64,000 nucleotides of DNA from an uncultured bacterium. Its GTDB lineage: Bacteria; Armatimonadota; JACIXR01. Position 1 is the first letter of the stretch; each line of letters opens with the position of its first letter. The position numbers were made by a program, and so were the translations under genes. The notes below the pieces were generated by a model. That model worked only from the letters and a program-made list of their open reading frames with translations. It was not told the origin of the DNA and searched no databases. This document shows positions 29,520-38,803 of this stretch, piece by piece. The DNA is taken from NCBI GenBank assembly GCA_964452465.1, contig CAYVMD010000001.1:18604-82603 (forward strand). Direction: 5' to 3'.

Positions 29520-30672
29520 CCTCTATCGCCTCCTCTAAAGCCTTGAATCCTCTCTCCATTTCCTCCTCGGTTATAACCAGGGGAGGCAAAAAGCGGAGGA
29601 TCTTTTCGCCGATGGCATTGAGCACAACCCCTTTTTCCAAACCTCTCTCCACTACTTGTCTCGCCAGGGGTCGCTCCAATTGGAGGGCAAGCATGAGCCC
29701 TATGCCTCTCACTTCTTCGATGAAACTAAATTTACCCCTTAACTCCTCTAATTTTTCCCTGAATATCTTCCCATATTCCCTTGCCCTTTGGGGGAGCTTC
29801 TCTTCCTCCAGGATGTCCAGCACTGCCAGGGCGCAGGAAGAAGCGAGGAAATTGCCTCCGAAGGTGGAGGCGTGATCGCCTGGCGAGAAAGCCTCTGCCA
29901 CCTCCGGCACTGCGAGCATCGCCCCTATGGGAACTCCTCCTCCTAAGGATTTGGCGAGCGTCATTATGTGGGGCTTGATGTGGTAGTTCTCGTAGCAGAA
30001 CATCTCCCCACATCTTCCCAAGCCGGTTTGCACCTCATCCAATATAAGGAGTATGTCGTGCTCTTGGCAGAATTCCCAGATGCCCCTCAGGAATTTCTCC
30101 TCCGCTGGATATACTCCTCCCTCCCCTTGCACCGGCTCCAACAGGATGGCGCAGGTTTCGTCATCCGCTAAGGAGAGGAACCCTTCCAAATCATTGTAGA
30201 TAGCGTAGGAGAAGCCCGGAACCAGAGGTAGAAACTTCTCTTGATATTTCGCCTGGGCGGTAGCGGACAAAGCACCCATTGTCCGCCCGTGGAAGGAATT
30301 GAAGGCAGAGATTATCTTGTAGCGCCCTTTTGGTTTCCCGTAGGCCCGTGCCAACTTTATGGCTGATTCCACCGCTTCTGCCCCGGAATTGCAGAAAAAG
30401 GAAAGCATCCCGGTGAGGTGGTACAATCTCTCCGCCACTTCCTCCTGGGGAGCAATGTGGAAAAGGTTGGAAGTATGGAGGAGTGCCTCGCTTTGCCTTT
30501 TTATCGCCTCGACAACCTTGGGGTGGCAATGCCCTACATTACAAACCCCTATCCCTGCAAGGAAGTCTATGTATTCCTTCCCTGCCTCATCCCATAGGGT
30601 TGCTCCTCTCCCCTTCACGAACCTTACGGGATATCTCCTATAGGTATTAATAAGAAAACTCTCCTTCTCCAT
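29500..30672 (-). CDS. argD: Acetylornithine aminotransferase (class III PLP aminotransferase)
   Basis: Class III aminotransferase pattern (DEVQTGLGRCG..., TLAKSLGGG with a PLP lysine). 20-nt overlap with argF. Confidence 0.88.
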   Translation of the reverse strand: MEKESFLINTYRRYPVRFVKGRGATLWDEAGKEYIDFLAGIGVCNVGHCHPKVVEAIKRQSEALLHTSNLFHIAPQEEVAERLYHLTGMLSFFCNSGAEAVESAIKLARAYGKPKGRYKIISAFNSFHGRTMGALSATAQAKYQEKFLPLVPGFSYAIYNDLEGFLSLADDETCAILLEPVQGEGGVYPAEEKFLRGIWEFCQEHDILLILDEVQTGLGRCGEMFCYENYHIKPHIMTLAKSLGGGVPIGAMLAVPEVAEAFSPGDHASTFGGNFLASSCALAVLDILEEEKLPQRAREYGKIFREKLEELRGKFSFIEEVRGIGLMLALQLERPLARQVVERGLEKGVVLNAIGEKILRFLPPLVITEEEMERGFKALEEAIEDVSRDI

Positions 30673-30717
30673 AGGTTTGATTATAAACGGGCAGGAAAAG
30701 GAATGACAAGTTTAAAC

Positions 30718-31728
30718 TCAAATTATCATCATTGCGTCGCCCAGACTGAGGAACCTGTATCCTTGCTTTTTGGCTTCCTCGTAAGCGACGAAGGTCTTCT
30801 CTTTGCCGGCGAAGGCGCAGACGAGAAGGAGAGGGGTGGAGCAGGGTAGATGAAAATTGGTTATCAAAGCGTCTATAACTTTGAATTCATAGCCTGGGTA
30901 GATAAAAAGGGAGGTATAGCCTTCCCCCGCTTCCACTTCTCCCTTCCTATAAGCGCTCTCCAATGTCCTCACTACCGTTGTTCCCACCGCTATGACCCTT
31001 TTCCCTTGACTTTTTGCCTCGTTTATACACCTTGCCGATTCCTCGCTTATCCGGAAATGCTCCTCATCCATCCAATGCTCCTCTATTCTCTCCGTCCTTA
31101 TGGGCTTGAATGTGCCCAGCCCCACCGTTAAAGTGATGTAGACGATCTTCACGCCCTTTTCCTCTAACCTCTGGAGGAGTTGAGGGGTGAAGTGAAGTCC
31201 GGCGGTGGGAGCTGCAAGGGAGCCCTTTTCCTTGGCGTAGACGGTCTGGTAGCGGGAGGGATCGGGAAGGGGTACCTTTATGTAGGGGGGAAGAGGGGGT
31301 TCGCCTAATTCATAAGGGGATATCTCCCTCTCGAATTTCAACCACCATCCCCTTTCGCTTTTCCTGAGGATCTTTGCCTCCACTTCCTTATCGCCGGAGC
31401 GGAAGATAATCCTCTTGCCTACCTGCAATCCCCTCTTCGGTCTTAGAAGGGCTTCGTAAATCTCCCGCTCTACCTCTTCGATTATCAGCGCCTCAACCTT
31501 CCCTCCCGTTTCCTTTTGGCCCTTTAGCTTAGCGGGAACCACCTCGGTGTCGTTGAGGACGAGTACCTCTCCCGGCTCTATCAAATCCACTACTTGATAA
31601 AAGCGAAGGTGTTTTATCTCCCCGCTCCTTCGGTTGAGGACGAGGAGACGAGAGGAGTCCCTCGGCTCGGCTGGCGTTTGGGCGATGAATTCGGGGGGGA
31701 GTTCATAGTAGAATTCCGAGGTGAGCAT
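30718..31728 (-). CDS. queA: S-adenosylmethionine:tRNA ribosyltransferase-isomerase
   Basis: MLTSEFYYELPPEFIAQTPAEPRDSSRLLVL N-terminus. Start set at this Met. The ORF-track N-terminal 21 aa are an over-extension. Confidence 0.9.
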   Translation of the reverse strand: MLTSEFYYELPPEFIAQTPAEPRDSSRLLVLNRRSGEIKHLRFYQVVDLIEPGEVLVLNDTEVVPAKLKGQKETGGKVEALIIEEVEREIYEALLRPKRGLQVGKRIIFRSGDKEVEAKILRKSERGWWLKFEREISPYELGEPPLPPYIKVPLPDPSRYQTVYAKEKGSLAAPTAGLHFTPQLLQRLEEKGVKIVYITLTVGLGTFKPIRTERIEEHWMDEEHFRISEESARCINEAKSQGKRVIAVGTTVVRTLESAYRKGEVEAGEGYTSLFIYPGYEFKVIDALITNFHLPCSTPLLLVCAFAGKEKTFVAYEEAKKQGYRFLSLGDAMMII

Positions 31729-31961
31729 TATCGGCGCAGAAGGGAAAGGAGGAGGAAGAGGAGGGTAAGGAAGGCGCTCAAAAGGATGCAAGTGGTGAGG
31801 GGGAAGAAGAAAGTGAAGTTATCCCTTTGGATGAAAATGTCGCCGGGCAGGGGCTTCCATTTCCAATTCCCGGAGGCGATGAGCATAAATATCAGCCCGA
31901 GGAAGAGGAGGGAGCCCCCCATAAGGATCAATGATTTACCGAGAAAGGAAAGAGGATTCAT
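31728..31961 (-). CDS. DUF2905 family small membrane protein
   Basis: PGDIFIQRDNFTFFFPLTTCILLS matches the DUF2905 consensus. Its stop overlaps the queA start (ATGA). Confidence 0.7.
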   Translation of the reverse strand: MNPLSFLGKSLILMGGSLLFLGLIFMLIASGNWKWKPLPGDIFIQRDNFTFFFPLTTCILLSAFLTLLFLLLSLLRR

Positions 31962-32021
31962 CTCTTAATATATTATATCCCCTCTTTCCCAAATGGACGA
32001 ATTTGTTTATAATTTACGAAA

Positions 32022-32693
32022 ATGAGGAAAGTCCTCGTGGTGGACGATGATAAGGATGTCATAGAGATATTCTCCCTCTATCTCCAGAGGGAGGGATTCC
32101 AGGTGATTCCCGCTTATAGTGGTACCGAAGCCTTAAAACTTTTCCACAAGGAGAGACCAGATATCGTTATTCTGGATATTATGTTGCCGGGGATGGATGG
32201 TTGGGAGGTTTGCAAGGTGATAAGGGGGCGGGCAGATACCCCCATCCTAATGCTCACCGCTCGGACGGAGGAGGCAGACAGAGTTTTAGGGTTGGAGTTG
32301 GGGGCGGACGATTATGTCGTCAAACCCTTCAGTCCTCGGGAGGTGGTGGCGAGAGTGAAAGCGATCTTACGGAGGAGGGAAGTGAGAAGAAGCATGTTAA
32401 CGGTTGGCTCTCTCACCTTGGATAGGGAAGGTTGCGAGGTTAGCATAAAGGGAAAGCGAATAACCCTTACCCCGAAGCAGTTCGAAATACTTTGGATCTT
32501 GGCGAACAATGCGGGGCGGGTGGTGAGGAGGGAGGAAATGGTGAGAACGATTTGGGGGGATGAAGACTATATCCCTGATGAAAGGGTGGTGGACCAACAC
32601 ATAAAGAGGATGAGGAAGCTCCTTGAGGGGGAAGTTGGATTGAGGCTGGAAACCGTGAGAGGGGTGGGATATAGGCTGGTTGTGGAAAGTTAG
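32022..32693 (+). CDS. OmpR-family response regulator
   Basis: Receiver domain (VLVVDDD...DIMLPGMDGWEVC) with a winged-helix C-terminus (LTPKQFEILWILANN...GYRL). Confidence 0.92.
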   Translation: MRKVLVVDDDKDVIEIFSLYLQREGFQVIPAYSGTEALKLFHKERPDIVILDIMLPGMDGWEVCKVIRGRADTPILMLTARTEEADRVLGLELGADDYVVKPFSPREVVARVKAILRRREVRRSMLTVGSLTLDREGCEVSIKGKRITLTPKQFEILWILANNAGRVVRREEMVRTIWGDEDYIPDERVVDQHIKRMRKLLEGEVGLRLETVRGVGYRLVVES

Positions 32694-32695
32694 GC

Positions 32696-34348
32696 ATGAA
32701 GATATTCTCTCGGCTTCTTCTTTCCTACCTAGTGGTTGTCCTCCTCGCCACTGTTATAATCTCCTTCGCCATCACCTATCTGACCAGCAATTTCTATAAA
32801 AGGCATAAAGAGAAGGAGCTGAGCGACCTCGCCCAAGCCTTGGCCTCTCAGTACTCCCTCATAAAGAGGGAGAAGGGGGAGATGGAGGCGTTGAAGTTCC
32901 TCAACGAGATGAGCCAGTCTACCCGCTACCACATTTGCATAGTTCCTCCCCGTGCTACTCAACTCGCCCAGGAGATAAGGGAAAAAGGGATAAGATGGGG
33001 TCCCATCTGTATCGTTCCCTATTCCGCGGTTTCCGCGGGGGCGGAGATAAGGGAAAAGGGCAAAGTGATTGGCACTCTGGTCGTCCATTCCTCCATGGAG
33101 GAGGTGATCTACCTCGTCAGATATCTCCAAAGGGTCGTTCTCTCCTCCGCTATAATCGCCCTTCTTTTCTCCTTTCTCCTTGCCATCCTTCTCTCCAACT
33201 CCCTTGCCTCTCCCCTCAGGGAGATGCAGATGGTGGTCAATAAATGGAAGGAAGGCGAATTGGGGGCAAGGATGGACAAGAGGGCGAAGGGAGAGATAGA
33301 GGACTTGAGGCTTGCCTTCAACACCTTAGCGGAGAAATTGGAGGAAAGCATAAGGAATTTGCAGGATGAGAAGGAGAGGCTATCCGCCTTTTTCTCGGTG
33401 ATCCCCGAGGGGATAATAGCGATCAAAGAAGGGGAGGAACCCCTGCTGAATGCTCGCGCGAAGGAGCTCTTCTCCTCCGGAATTCCCTCCGAGATCGCCG
33501 AGGTCCTGGAAAAAGGCAAGGAGGGAGAACGCAGGAAAGAGATAAGGTGGGGCGATAGGATATTCCTGGTTGCCTCTGCTCCCCTTGCGAGAGGAAGGGG
33601 AACGGTTGCCTTGGTCCAGGATGTGACGGAGATAAGGCAGTTGGAGAGGGTTAGAAGGGATTTCCTCACCGATGTGTCCCACGAGTTGCGCACCCCTCTC
33701 ACTGCTATAAGGGGGTACACCGAGGCTATAATGGATGGAACGGTGGAGGAAAAGGAGGCGAGGAAATACCTGAAAAGGATCCTGGAGGAAACCCTTTACA
33801 TCTCTCGATTCGTTGACGATCTCCTCCAATTAGCGAGGGCGGAAACGGGCAAATTGGAGGTGCAGAGAAAAAAGGTGGATCTGGGCAAGATAGCCAGAAA
33901 GGCGAGGGAGAGGTTGAAGATCATGGCAGAGGAGAAGGATGTGACGATCGAGATAGGAAAAAAGTTTCCCTTCGCCTTTTGCGATGAGGGCTTGACCGAA
34001 AGGGTTCTATTCAATCTCCTTGAGAACGCCGTCAAATTCAATCGCCCTGGAGGCAAGGTGGTGGTATCCTATAGGATAAGGGATGAGGAGGTGGAGGTGA
34101 GCGTCAGGGACGAAGGGGAGGGCATTCCTCCTAACGATCTCCCCTATATCTTCGAACGATTCTACAAAGCGGATAGGGCAAGGGTTAAGGGAAGCGGTAT
34201 AGGATTGGGGTTGGCGATAGTGAAGAGCCTAGTGGAACTGCAAGGAGGGAGGGTGTGGGTGGAGAGCGAGGAAGGGAAGGGCTCCACCTTCTACTTCACC
34301 TTACCTTTATACAAGGAGGGATTAGAGAATGAGCAAGGAATGGTTTAA
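32696..34348 (+). CDS. Sensor histidine kinase (TM, HAMP, HisKA, HATPase_c)
   Basis: H-box SHELRTPLTAIRGY. N, G1 and G2 boxes (LENAVKFN, DEGEGIPP, GSGIGLGLAIV). Confidence 0.92.
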   Translation: MKIFSRLLLSYLVVVLLATVIISFAITYLTSNFYKRHKEKELSDLAQALASQYSLIKREKGEMEALKFLNEMSQSTRYHICIVPPRATQLAQEIREKGIRWGPICIVPYSAVSAGAEIREKGKVIGTLVVHSSMEEVIYLVRYLQRVVLSSAIIALLFSFLLAILLSNSLASPLREMQMVVNKWKEGELGARMDKRAKGEIEDLRLAFNTLAEKLEESIRNLQDEKERLSAFFSVIPEGIIAIKEGEEPLLNARAKELFSSGIPSEIAEVLEKGKEGERRKEIRWGDRIFLVASAPLARGRGTVALVQDVTEIRQLERVRRDFLTDVSHELRTPLTAIRGYTEAIMDGTVEEKEARKYLKRILEETLYISRFVDDLLQLARAETGKLEVQRKKVDLGKIARKARERLKIMAEEKDVTIEIGKKFPFAFCDEGLTERVLFNLLENAVKFNRPGGKVVVSYRIRDEEVEVSVRDEGEGIPPNDLPYIFERFYKADRARVKGSGIGLGLAIVKSLVELQGGRVWVESEEGKGSTFYFTLPLYKEGLENEQGMV

Positions 34349-36401
34349 AAGGAGCTTCCGCAGGGCGTTGGTTGATATGCACATCCCCGATTGGGACGAG
34401 CGCTTCCTCTCCAAGTTCGATCCCCAAAGATATGTGGAAGCACTGAAAAGGATGAGGGTTGCCTCCATCATGCACTATGCTAACTCCCATGTGGGATTGT
34501 GCTATTATCCCACCGAGGTCGGTGCCATGCACAAGGGGCTTAAAGGGAGAGATATATTCGGTGAGGTTATAGAGTTATGCAAGAAGGAAGGGATAGCGGT
34601 TGTTGCCTATTACAGCGTCATCTTCAACAATTGGGCATACATAGAACATCCCGAATGGCGAATGCTTCCCTGGGGTGCAAGGCAGAGGGGACGCTATGGC
34701 GTTTGTTGTCCCAATTCTCCCTACAGGGAGTTTGCCCTGGAGCAGACGAGGGAGATCGTGGAAAATTACGATATAGATGGCATCTTCTTCGATATGACCT
34801 TTTGGCCGGCGGTTTGCTATTGCCACCACTGTGCCCAGCGATATAAGAGGGAAACAGGAGAAGAGATGCCTCGCACGATCGATTGGTGCTCCCCCCCGTG
34901 GGTTAAGTTCCAAAGAACGCGGGAGCGCTGGATAAAAGAGTTCGCTGAAGAGTTGAGCGGGCTCGTTCGCAGGTTGAAGCCTGGTGTAACCGCCACTCAT
35001 CAATTCTCCACCATCCTTCACGATTGGAAATTAGCGGTTCCCCTCGAGCTCGCCGACCAATGCGATTATGTTTGTGGGGATTTCTACGGCGAAACCATCC
35101 AGCAATCCGTAGTATGCAAAGCCTTTATGGATATAACCAAGTCCCGCCCCTTTGAATTTCATACCTCCATCTCCCCCAATCTCACCGACCATGTATCGGT
35201 GAAGCATCCTCAGAGATTGGAGACGCAGATCGCCTTGGCACCCGCCCATAGTTCTGCTATCCAGTTGATCCATGCTATAGACCCTGAGGGAAGCCTCAAC
35301 GAGGATGTTTGCCGATATGCTGGTGAGATCTTATCCAAGATCGAGCCCTATGAGAGTTTCCTCGGAGGTGGGCTTTGCGCCGATGTAGGAATCTACTTCA
35401 GTTTGGAGTCTCGCTTCGATCCCGCTGACAACGGCAAGAGCGCCGAGGATGTGGGCAGTTTGAGCGGATATGTGCCCCACCTGGAGGCTTTGATGGGCGC
35501 TGCGCGCTACCTCCAAAGGGCTCACATTCCCTTTGGTATCGTTACTCGCCGCGGGCTTAAGGATTTGGACAAATACCAGGTTATCGTTCTGCCCGATGTC
35601 CTCGTGCTGACAGAGGAGGAGGTGGAAGCTTTCAGGAAATTCGTTGAGAAGGGAGGGGGGCTTTACGCCAGCGGGCGCTGTGGGCTTACGGACAGCGAGG
35701 GAAACTCCTATCCCGATTTTCCCTTAGCGGATGCGCTTGGAATTTCTCGGGTTGGCGAGGTGCCCTACCGCCTTTCCTTTTTCACCCCCTCTTCGGAGGA
35801 ATTCGCCTCTTGGATTCATCCCCAGCACCATCTCATCCATAACCTCCATACCACTACCGTCGCTAACCGCTCGGGAAGGATTTTGGCCACCTTAACCCTG
35901 CCTTATTATCCTCCCCATATAGGGGACATACTTACCCCCTCCTTCTCCTCCATCCACAGCAACCCGCCGGGTCCAAAGGGGGAGGAGCCAGCCATCGTTG
36001 TCAACGAGTTTGGCAAAGGGAAGGCGGTCTATTCGGTGGGAGCTTTGGAGGGGGTCGACCATCATATTAATCAGAAGGTGTTCATCCAGTTGATCCGTTT
36101 CCTCCTGAGAAGGCCCCTCTGGTTTGAGGGGGAGGGGCATCCCGCTGTGGAGATGGTGCTTTTACACCAACCAGAAAATAAGCGCTTCCTCCTCAGCCTG
36201 ATAAATTCCCAAAAGGAATTCCCCAACGCACCCGTGAACTTCGTCTTCAGGGTTCGCTTGCCCCAGGAGAGAAAATTTAAAAAACTTTACCTTCTCCCCA
36301 CCCTTCAAGAAGTGGAGTTCATTTTAAAGGAAGGCAATGTTGTAGAAGGAAGGACCGACAGCTTAGAGGTTCTTTCTATCTACCTTCTGGAATACGAGTA
36401 A
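34329..36401 (+). CDS. GH42-like (GHL6-type) putative glycoside hydrolase: TIM barrel with a GH42-like Cys cluster plus a trimerisation/GATase-like domain
   Basis: CCPN...CYCHHC Cys cluster like the GH42 Zn site. VIVLPDVLVLTEEEVEAFRKFVEKGGGLYASG resembles the GH42 domain B. Overlaps the kinase 3' end by 20 nt. Confidence 0.55.
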   Translation: MSKEWFKRSFRRALVDMHIPDWDERFLSKFDPQRYVEALKRMRVASIMHYANSHVGLCYYPTEVGAMHKGLKGRDIFGEVIELCKKEGIAVVAYYSVIFNNWAYIEHPEWRMLPWGARQRGRYGVCCPNSPYREFALEQTREIVENYDIDGIFFDMTFWPAVCYCHHCAQRYKRETGEEMPRTIDWCSPPWVKFQRTRERWIKEFAEELSGLVRRLKPGVTATHQFSTILHDWKLAVPLELADQCDYVCGDFYGETIQQSVVCKAFMDITKSRPFEFHTSISPNLTDHVSVKHPQRLETQIALAPAHSSAIQLIHAIDPEGSLNEDVCRYAGEILSKIEPYESFLGGGLCADVGIYFSLESRFDPADNGKSAEDVGSLSGYVPHLEALMGAARYLQRAHIPFGIVTRRGLKDLDKYQVIVLPDVLVLTEEEVEAFRKFVEKGGGLYASGRCGLTDSEGNSYPDFPLADALGISRVGEVPYRLSFFTPSSEEFASWIHPQHHLIHNLHTTTVANRSGRILATLTLPYYPPHIGDILTPSFSSIHSNPPGPKGEEPAIVVNEFGKGKAVYSVGALEGVDHHINQKVFIQLIRFLLRRPLWFEGEGHPAVEMVLLHQPENKRFLLSLINSQKEFPNAPVNFVFRVRLPQERKFKKLYLLPTLQEVEFILKEGNVVEGRTDSLEVLSIYLLEYE

Positions 36402-36407
36402 GGAAAG

Positions 36408-36433
36408 AGTGGGAAGGCAGGCGCCTTCCCACT
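36408..36433. terminator. Bidirectional hairpin between convergent genes (agtgggaaggc aggc gccttcccact)
   Basis: An 11-bp perfect stem with a 4-nt loop in the 40-nt gap between the + gene ending at 36401 and the CBS gene ending at 36442. No strong U-tract. Confidence 0.45.
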
Positions 36434-36441
36434 CCCCCTCC

Positions 36442-36804
36442 CTACATTCCCGCGAACGCTTTCACGATGTCCGCCCGGCTGACTATCCCCACTAACTTCC
36501 CTTCAGAGATCACGGGTACGCGTTTTATCCCTTTCTCGGCCAAGATCTTCGCTACCTCTTCCACAGGGGTATCAGGGCATACGGAGACGACTTCTTTGCT
36601 CATGATATCCGCTACTCTAACACCCTGGGGCTTCTTTAGAATATCCGCCTCTGTTACAACGCCTATCACGCGGCAACCCTCGTCATCCATCACCGGCACG
36701 CCGCTGATATTGTGTTTCACCAAGAGGTTAGCGAGCTCCTTTATTGGCGTCGAAGCCTTCACCGTAATAACATTCGTCGTCATAATGTCCTTAGCGGTCT
36801 TCAT
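36442..36804 (-). CDS. CBS domain pair protein
   Basis: Two CBS motifs (VITVKASTPIKELANLLVKHNISGVPVMD, VVSVCPDTPVEEVAKILAEKGIKRVPVI). 120 aa. Confidence 0.88.
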   Translation of the reverse strand: MKTAKDIMTTNVITVKASTPIKELANLLVKHNISGVPVMDDEGCRVIGVVTEADILKKPQGVRVADIMSKEVVSVCPDTPVEEVAKILAEKGIKRVPVISEGKLVGIVSRADIVKAFAGM

Positions 36805-36913
36805 CTTAAATCACCCCCTTTCTGTCGGAATCTCGATAATTAGTGTATACACGCGAGGCGAAATCCGTCAAGAGGATTTTGCCTATTTGGGGAAGTTGGT
36901 ATAATATTGAAAT

Positions 36914-38803
36914 ATGTTTAGCAATAAATTGTGGTTGATAATCCTCGTTCTTTGGATAAGTAGATTGTATCTTGGAGATATTTGCTTCACATCTCCCTTA
37001 GTAGGAGAAAGGAGGGCTTTAGAAAGAACCATGGAAAGTGTCAATTCAGATGTTCTCCACCCTCCCCGGGGGATGGAGATAACCCTTGGCAACGATGCCA
37101 CGGAGAGCCAGGCTCTTCTCTTCAAACAGTTGGGGATAACCAGCGTGGAATCCTATGTCACTTGGGAGAGTGTGGAGAAGGAGAAGGATAAGTGGGATTG
37201 GTCGAGATGGGACCAGCAGGTGGAGATCCTAAAAAAGCATGGTTTAAAGTGGGTTCCCTTCCTCATTGTTGGTCCCGCCTATGCTACTCCCGCCTGGTTC
37301 AGGGAATCCAAAGAGCATGTGGGGGCGGTTTGCCTGGAGCACAATATCGAGAGCAAGATCCAGTCCATTTGGAATCCCCATCTCCGCAAATGGATCGAGC
37401 GTTTCCTTTCTGCCTTCTCCCAGCGTTATCTCAAGACAGGCGTTATAGAATCCGTCCTCCTGGGGATAAGTGGCGATTATGGGGAGGCGATATTCCCCGT
37501 GTGGGGTGGAGGTTGGACCTTCCAGATCCCCGGCGTCTACCATACGCATCCCGGCTATTGGTGCGGAGATCGCTATGCCCGGGAGGCTTTCAAGAAGGCG
37601 ATGCAAGGGAAATATCGAAACATAAACAAATTAAACGAAGCCTGGGGCACCTCCTTCGCCAATTTCGAGGAAGTGGAATTCCCGCCTTTGATAGTTGAAG
37701 GAGGAATTAGAGAGGATGCCCCCACTCCCCCGGGCAGATTTGAGGCTAAGAACGCCCAGGATAGGAGAAGATGGTTAGATTTCGTGGAATGGTACAGGGG
37801 GGAGATGACGAAATGGGCAGAGTGGTGGATAGCCACTGCCAAGCGGTATTTCCCCAATACCGAGATATATCTGTGTACAGGAGGGGATGCGGTTCCTCCC
37901 CATGGCAGTGATTTCTCTGCCCAATGTAAGGTAGCGGGAAAGCATAAGGCCGGGGTGAGGATAACCAACGAAGGCTCGGACTACGCCTTCAATTTTTATC
38001 TCACCCGCTGGATCGCCTCCGCAGGAAAATTCTATAAGGCATATTATGGCTTCGAGCCTGCTGCCGGGGTGGATGAAAAAGGGATCGTGGCGAGGATCTA
38101 CAATGTCGTTGCCTCCGGTGCAAAGCAATTGCACGAATACATCCCCAACATAACCTCCAGCGAAGAGAGGATGAGGATCTTCCGAGAGAACTACCAGTTC
38201 TTAGAAAGGGCGGCCCCTCAAGTGGAGGTGGCGGTCTTTTATCCCAAAACCTCCCTCGCCCTCCGTTGGGGAGACTTCCCCGAGCGGGTTATGGAGGTGA
38301 GGGATATAGTGGATGTGGATTTCGTCGACGAGTTGATGCTGAGGGATGGAGCCCTCCGCCATTACAAGGTCCTGTTGATAATCGCAGGGGAATACATCGA
38401 GAGAAGCGACCTGGAGATAATTAAGAGATGGGTGGAGGAAGGAGGCACCCTCATATCTTGCGGAGTGGACAAGATGGCAACGGTGGAAGGCGATACCGCT
38501 CCCTATGAGGATCTCTTCGAAAAGGGAGGGACGAGGAGGCTTGGTAGAGGGAGAACCATATCCCTTTCCTCCACTTGGGATAAGAAGGAGGAGCTTTTGG
38601 TGTCTTTGAGCCATGCCCTCCATCAAAGCGGTTGTTATCTACCAGATGGTAAGCGCGACGGCGTTTACGCTACCTCACTTTCCCACTACATACTCCTCCT
38701 CAATATGAGAAACGAACCGGTAGTAAAGAATGTCCATCTCCCCAGCGGGGAGAGCATCTCCATACTTATGCCTCCCCACGCGATAAGGAAGGTTTCCCTC
38801 TAA
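36914..38803 (+). CDS. GH42/GH35-like putative glycoside hydrolase (TIM barrel plus GATase-like domain), membrane-anchored or secreted
   Basis: LGITSVESYVTWESVEKEKDKWDWSRWDQQVEILKKHGLKWV resembles a clan GH-A N-terminal barrel. KVLLIIAGEYIERSDLEIIKRWVEEGGTLISCG resembles the GH42 domain B. Confidence 0.5.
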   Translation: MFSNKLWLIILVLWISRLYLGDICFTSPLVGERRALERTMESVNSDVLHPPRGMEITLGNDATESQALLFKQLGITSVESYVTWESVEKEKDKWDWSRWDQQVEILKKHGLKWVPFLIVGPAYATPAWFRESKEHVGAVCLEHNIESKIQSIWNPHLRKWIERFLSAFSQRYLKTGVIESVLLGISGDYGEAIFPVWGGGWTFQIPGVYHTHPGYWCGDRYAREAFKKAMQGKYRNINKLNEAWGTSFANFEEVEFPPLIVEGGIREDAPTPPGRFEAKNAQDRRRWLDFVEWYRGEMTKWAEWWIATAKRYFPNTEIYLCTGGDAVPPHGSDFSAQCKVAGKHKAGVRITNEGSDYAFNFYLTRWIASAGKFYKAYYGFEPAAGVDEKGIVARIYNVVASGAKQLHEYIPNITSSEERMRIFRENYQFLERAAPQVEVAVFYPKTSLALRWGDFPERVMEVRDIVDVDFVDELMLRDGALRHYKVLLIIAGEYIERSDLEIIKRWVEEGGTLISCGVDKMATVEGDTAPYEDLFEKGGTRRLGRGRTISLSSTWDKKEELLVSLSHALHQSGCYLPDGKRDGVYATSLSHYILLLNMRNEPVVKNVHLPSGESISILMPPHAIRKVSL

